Positions 57,553-64,000 of a DNA stretch of 64,000 nucleotides are shown here, in pieces. Source of the DNA: Octopus vulgaris (taxonomy: Eukaryota). The position numbers and the translations under genes were made by a program. The notes beneath the pieces are model-generated. The model made no database searches. It was not told the origin of the DNA and saw only the letters and a list, made by a program, of their open reading frames with translations. The DNA lies in contig OX597816.1 in the NCBI GenBank assembly GCA_951406725.2, positions 169,880,001 to 169,944,000 on the forward strand. Direction: 5' to 3'. Position 1 is the first letter of the stretch, and every line of letters starts with the position of its first letter.

Positions 57553-57752
57553 AAGTATGTATGTATGTCTGTGTGTCTTTGTGTATGTCCCACCACCGTT
57601 TGACAAATGGTCTTACAGTGTTTACTTCCTCGTAACTTGGATGTTTTAGTACCAGGCTTGAAATATGTACTAGGCTCGATCCACTCGACTAAGAAATTTT
57701 TAAATCAGTGCCCCAGCATGGCCGCAGTCTAATGACTGAGAGCAGTGAAAGA
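57397..57752 (+). mobile_element. Old 5'-truncated SINE family A
   Basis: ttggtagacggaaactgaaaga...ccagcatggccgcagtc. Confidence 0.8.
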
Positions 57753-58117
57753 ACAACGATAATTAGCATGTATAAACGGAACTGTAACAAAACTATTGTC
57801 ATTCCACCTGAATGAATTTAGACTGTCTGTTTACAGTTACTAATGCAGTGTAAACATTTACCTATGGGTTATAAAACACGAATACACACACACAGACACA
57901 CACACACACAGAGACACAGACACACAGACACACACACACGTGATCACTTAGGTGCAAATAAAGTGGAGAAAATAGTCCACCAATAGAAAGACAAAGTAAA
58001 ATACTATTTTATTCAAGCTGAAAAATATTTCCCAAACTATTACAGTTTCACGTAACCATTCGTCTGAGACTTGTAATTATTTTCCATATATATGCATATC
58101 TATTTGTGTGTGAGTGT

Positions 58118-58187
<70 letters not shown>

Positions 58188-58315
58188 CTATATATATGTA
58201 TGTATATATGTATATATATATGTGTGTGTGTGTGTGTCTATGTATATATATATGTATATATATATATGTACATATATGTATATATATATATATGCATATT
58301 TGTATTTATGTACGT

Positions 58316-58359
<44 letters not shown>

Positions 58360-59689
58360 CGTGCGTATGTATGTACATATGCATATGTATTTATATGTAT
58401 ACATACGGACACACACACAGTGTTGGAACTGTGTACTGTTCTATGGCCACTAGTTTACCACACAACCTTTAGTTATCCAATATAAATGAAGTGCAAGTGT
58501 AAAAATAAATTTCAGCTTCAAGCACATCATATTTTTGGAATATCTTAGCTAAAATATATTTCTTCACACGATGATATTTAAAGAAAGTAAACTAAACATT
58601 GAAATATCCGCACCACTACACTTTAAAATTGACTTTTATGTCTTCAGAGAAAGTGATATTCATTCACACAATTTCATCTAATATTAATTTGTGAAGCTAA
58701 GGCCTCCATTTCTATACGACTATAGAGTATTCTATTGCAGCGTCTTTTCACTGATATTGCTATATTCGTATTCACTATCGCAAATTTATTACAGTTTGTC
58801 AAGACTAAAATCATTTTCAGTAGAACAATGCATGGACACGCAACAGTAAAGTGTACTGCAAAGTCTAATGATTTCAGAGAAGTTATACTCTTAGATAAAT
58901 ACTATATTCACCATCGAATTTCTAAAAGGACAGCTAATAAATTGTATATATGCATTGAAATATTTTGAGAATTAATAACTAAGAAGGGTAAAGTCCATGA
59001 AAATTTGAGGTTTTGGTATTCGTGACAACGTTCGATTGTTACGTAGTGAACTACTTTCATTTCAATATTTTTGTATTAAGGGGATCTATAATTGATCGTA
59101 AGTAATACATTCGTTGTATGATAGATGACGTCTACACTTTATCGAATCTTTATTGACTTAATAATATGACTTGGTCAAAATAGTACTTATTTTGGTCTTC
59201 TGTACTTCTGAGTGAAGTTTCATGTCGATAAGATTCAATTCATTTCCTCCTAATATCACATTGTCATGCTAGAATTTTAAAAATCAATTGTTTTTTTTTA
59301 CAAATAACTGTAATTTTATCGTAACAGAAAGATGTCTATAAAACAAAAATCAATCATGAATGCTTTGGTATATTACATCAACTTCATTGATAGTCATTTC
59401 TGATACTGCACCAGTTTTAACAAGCCAAAACAGTTTCTGCCTGGCTGAATACAGATTTAAGATAGAGACAGTTATACGAATTTAAAGACAGGGTGAGAGA
59501 GGTAGAGGGAGAGGAAGAGAGAGTGAGGGTAGAGAAAATTTAAAAGTTATATATATATATATATATATAAGGATTTCAACCCAAAATGTTCATGCTATTA
59601 TGTATATGTGCTTCGAGATCTATCGTTCTAAAAAAAAACAAATGATTTTAGTTTCTCTCCAAAGTTTCTATATATATCCTTATGACGTC

Positions 59690-59731
<42 letters not shown>

Positions 59732-59903
59732 CTTTAACATTGTCTCTCTCCTCACTCTCTCTCCCTCTCTCGCCTCGTCTATATATATATATATATATAA
59801 TAGAAATATTAAAATTACTAAGTCTCTCTAAAGGAGATTACGGCAGCGTTACTGGATATTAATTGTTATCGCCATACTAATATGGTAGTCTATAAATATA
59901 AGT

Positions 59904-59942
<39 letters not shown>

Positions 59943-60336
59943 ATACTGTTAACAAAAGACGGGATGCGAGGGGTTCAGTTATTCCATAAATCAGAGTGCG
60001 TGAAATACTACAAAACGTATGCGTAGGACAGACACAGGACCAAAGTTCTTCCTCAGTTAAGAATCAAAAATACTAATAGTTTCATGCTTTTAACGATAAG
60101 ACTGGGGCCTTCGTATATCGGCGGCACCCGCAAGATTTGCGTAGAATTAGGGTTCGAGCAAATAAAACAATCTAGTGTGAACGTACGAAAGTAAACAAAT
60201 ATAATTTGAAACGATAGACGAAGACAATAAATAAAGCCTTACGGTCAAACACGAGAATGATGGAAAAACGCCCGGAAGAAATCCTCAAAAAGATATAAAA
60301 ACAGCATTAGGAAGAGATGAGAAAAAGTTGGCCAGC

Positions 60337-60856
<520 letters not shown>

Positions 60857-61061
60857 TTACATTGGCAGGCACGTATATGCAAAATATGCGTAGAATGTTG
60901 ACGTTAGTGGTAAACTGAAGTAATTCGTCCATCAAATGAAATTTGGTACCGGTGACAATGTTGCACCGACTGACCACTCTGGGAATCTTTAGTCCAGATA
61001 CACTGATTTTTTATATATAGTTTTTTCCTCATTTATTAATATCCTTAGCTTCCTCCCCTCA

Positions 61062-61258
61062 TCTTCTTCTTCTTCTTTTTCTTCTCCTTCTTCTTCTTCT
61101 TCTTCTTCTTCTTCTCCTTCTTCTTCTTCTTCTTCTTCTTCTTCTTCTTCTTCTTCTTCTCCTTCTTCTTCTTCTTCTCCTCCTTCTTCTTCTTCTTCTT
61201 CTTCTTCTTCTTTTTCTTCTTCTTCTTCTTTTTCTTCTTCGGATTCTTCTTCTTCATC
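61062..61258. repeat. (TTC)n polypyrimidine tract
   Basis: Directly visible. Confidence 0.97.
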
Positions 61259-61656
61259 TTATCTTGGTGTTCTCCGTCTTTTTCCTCCTCTGCATCCTTC
61301 CCGCATGATCACTACACTAATTACTCATCCCTGAAACTTACTTTCAGTTACTTTTTACTTCCTCCAGATATAAACAAAGAAAATCTAAAAAAAAAAAAAA
61401 TTCCTCATAACGCAGGGAAGCGGTTGCATAATCAAGTAATCAATATATATATATTGAAAAAGAGAGATGCGGCAGAGAATGGTGGAGAGAATATTGAAAC
61501 ACCGTTGCTTTCATTATTGGAAGTAATTTTTGAACAATGAAAAGATGACATATTAGTTCATTTAGTATATCTCGAGAAGGCCCTTCATATTTGACATTCC
61601 TAGGAAGATTGGAATTCTGCACTGCATGTTATCCATACTTTTGCTATTTACGTATT

Positions 61657-62044
61657 GGAGGCGCAATGGCCCAGTGGTTAGGGCAGCGGACTCGCGGTCA
61701 TAGGATCGCGGTTTCGATTCCCAGACCGGGCGTTGTGAGTGTTGATTGAGCGAAAACACCTAAAAGCTCCACGAGGCTCCGGCAGGGGATGGTGGTGATC
61801 CCTGCTGTACTCTTTCACCACAACTTTCTCTCACTCTTACTTCCTGTTTCTGTTGTACCTGTATTTCAAGGGGCCGGCCTTGTCACTCTCTGTGTCACGC
61901 TGAATATCCCCGAGAACTACGTTATGTGTGCACGTGTCTGTGGAGTGCTCAGCCACTTACACGTTAATTTCACGAGCAGGCTGTTCCGTTGATTCGGATC
62001 AACCAGAACCCTCATCGTCGTAACCGACGGAGTGCTTCCATTCC
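61657..62044 (+). mobile_element. SINE family B
   Basis: 11-bp TSD atttacgtatt at 61646-61656 and 62045-62055. Confidence 0.95.
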
Positions 62045-62314
62045 ATTTACGTATTATCTTGTCACTTACAACAGTGAACGAGTGGCATTGTATTAACATG
62101 TTCAGTTGCCTCACTCTTAAAAAGAAAAACAAAGAAAAATCAAAGACAGCATTAAATGTTGACGATATATTAGTTTAGAAATAAAATGAAATGATTCCTT
62201 TGGAGTTAAATCTTTCGAAATTCAATTACGATAAAATATTATGTAAGGCTGCAAATATCTTAAAATGTCGGCATCTGAAAAAATTTTAACCTTTTAGTAT
62301 TAAATGAATTCCAG

Positions 62315-62523
62315 ATAAATGTGGTGGACAATGCCGCAATACCTGTACTTTTGATGGTAGAAAATATGCAATGGTTCCAGGAATGACAAATTCAATTAGT
62401 TTATCGAATATGGAATCTGTTCTCTGCATGCCGAGAGATATTTACAGAGGCACAGAAAGTATTTTGACTCATGAATTTGCTCATCTTGTGCATATCTACA
62501 TGGAGCAAAAATGGAAAGATAAG
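62315..62523 (+). CDS. Zinc metallopeptidase exon with HExxH (KCGGQCRNTCTFDGRKY...ESILTHEFAHLVH...WKDK)
   Basis: Acceptor ttccag and donor AAG|gtaaga. 209 nt, contains the HEFAH zinc-binding motif; overlaps track ORF 62371..62553. Confidence 0.92.
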
Positions 62524-63546
62524 GTAAGAAAGTTTGGCAGCATTTTCATTTAGCTAAAATTCTTTATAAAGCATTTTCTAAAATAATTTATTTGATTAGG
62601 ACAGTTATGCCATGTATATTTGCTGTTTAATAATTCATGTTTATGTGTAAAAGACACACACTTCTTCTATAATTATATGTCGGGTTATTCTGAAAGCTTT
62701 TCGAACAGATGGTGCTCTCACACAACTTGTAAATGATATGAAATATTAAACTGCTGCAGTATTTTAGTCTGTGTAGTTAGTTTTCCTTCACAAAACATGA
62801 TAAATCACATTGGCGAGATGAAATCGGCAATCAATTTAAGATCTTAAAATGAAGTTAGCTGTAGCTATTCAGATGCACACACATTCTGCTTCCCCTTCCG
62901 TTTACTTTTTTGCTTGTTATCAAATGTCTGACAAAAGTCTGACATTAACATATGTATTAAATGTGTGGTATTGAAAAGGATGTAAACATGAAAGCATAGC
63001 ACTGAATATCATTAACGGGTTTAATTTCTCTATCTCCATTTCAAATTCAAATCGCATCGTTTTGTTTTATCTTTTATTTCTATGCAATAGTTATTCCTTT
63101 CTAACAAATCAGTTGAATATTTTAAACATGTTAAAAAATTCTGGTCAAATGCAGGAATCCATGTTACCTCAATACTGATGTATTCTTGTTAAGTGAATGG
63201 ATATCATATGACTTGTATACTTCTTTCATCTACTGGATTCAGTGTCCATATACATTTATAAATAAATGCACGTGAAGTTATCATCACTTCGGCGTAAATA
63301 AAATTCCCAATAATAACATTAAAAGAAGATTATAACGTAATCCTTCCTTACGTGAGGAAATCGTTGCTACGTACAGATTCATTAGAATATCTAGTGATTT
63401 TATATTACTTTTCATTTAAGAAACATTCATTGACATTAATTTATATGATGATTCAGAAAAGAAGTATATTATCGATAATTTGTGAAGTGTGGAAGTAATT
63501 ACTGAATGCATTCTGAAATCTCTTTTTATTGTGTGATTGTCACCAG

Positions 63547-63701
63547 ATCAAAGCAGCCTATGACAATGCCCGAAATGGTCAATTATGGCGTATGAACAGT
63601 TATTCGATGGCAAATGAATATGAATATTTTGCAGTGGCTTCTGAGTCTTTCTTCCACAATATCATCCGAACAGATACCATCACGACAGGCGGCATGAATC
63701 T
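63547..63701 (+). CDS. Zinc metallopeptidase exon with probable third zinc ligand (IKAAYDNARNGQLWRMNSYSMANEYEYFAVASESFFHN...GGMNL)
   Basis: Acceptor caccag and donor CT|gtaagt. Phase 0 start matches the previous exon. Y-x-x-x-N-x-x-E-Y-F-A motif lies downstream of HExxH. No stop codon, so the gene continues beyond the window. Confidence 0.9.
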
Positions 63702-63745
63702 GTAAGTTGGGATTATTTATTTTCTGCTTCGATAATTATTTTACT

Positions 63746-64000
63746 GTGGAGGCGCAATGGCCCAGTGGTTAGGGCAGCGGACTCGCGGTCATAGGATCGC
63801 GGTTTCGATTCCCAGACCGGGCGTTGTGTGTGTTGTTTGAGCGAAAACACCTAAAAGCTCCACGAGGCTCCGGCAGGGGATGGTGGTGATCCCTGCTGTA
63901 CTCTTCCACCACAACTTTCTCTCTCTTTCTTCCTGTTTCTGTTGTACCTGTATTTCAAGGGGCCGGCCTTGTCACTCTCTGTGTCACGCTGAATATCCCC
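63746..64000 (+). mobile_element. SINE family B (cut by window edge)
   Basis: Near-identical to 61657 onward. Confidence 0.93.

Overview
AT-rich, repeat-dominated eukaryotic DNA, very probably from an octopus (coleoid cephalopod). That assignment is inferred from the tRNA-derived SINE families and the very high microsatellite load. Most ORFs in the supplied track are microsatellite or repeat translations. One host gene is supported: five phase-compatible GT-AG exons on the + strand (42564-42618, 50555-50696, 56499-56652, 62315-62523, 63547-63701). They splice into about 238 stop-free codons of a zinc metallopeptidase with HEFAH...Y-SMAN-EYEYFA motifs, resembling the mainly bacterial lethal-factor/PPEP/MtfA-like zincins. 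The gene runs off the right edge and its first exon is unresolved. The rest is layered mobile DNA: (i) several Penelope-like element relics whose inverted pseudo-LTRs carry type I hammerhead ribozyme motifs with palindromic helix III; (ii) a head-to-tail train of Dong/R4-like RLE LINEs and a ~530-bp non-coding element, all sitting in (AAT)n tracts; (iii) Tx1/L1, RTE and CR1/Jockey relics; (iv) about six modular SINE families, several with clear target-site duplications. All coordinates were read by eye; repeat boundaries are approximate.
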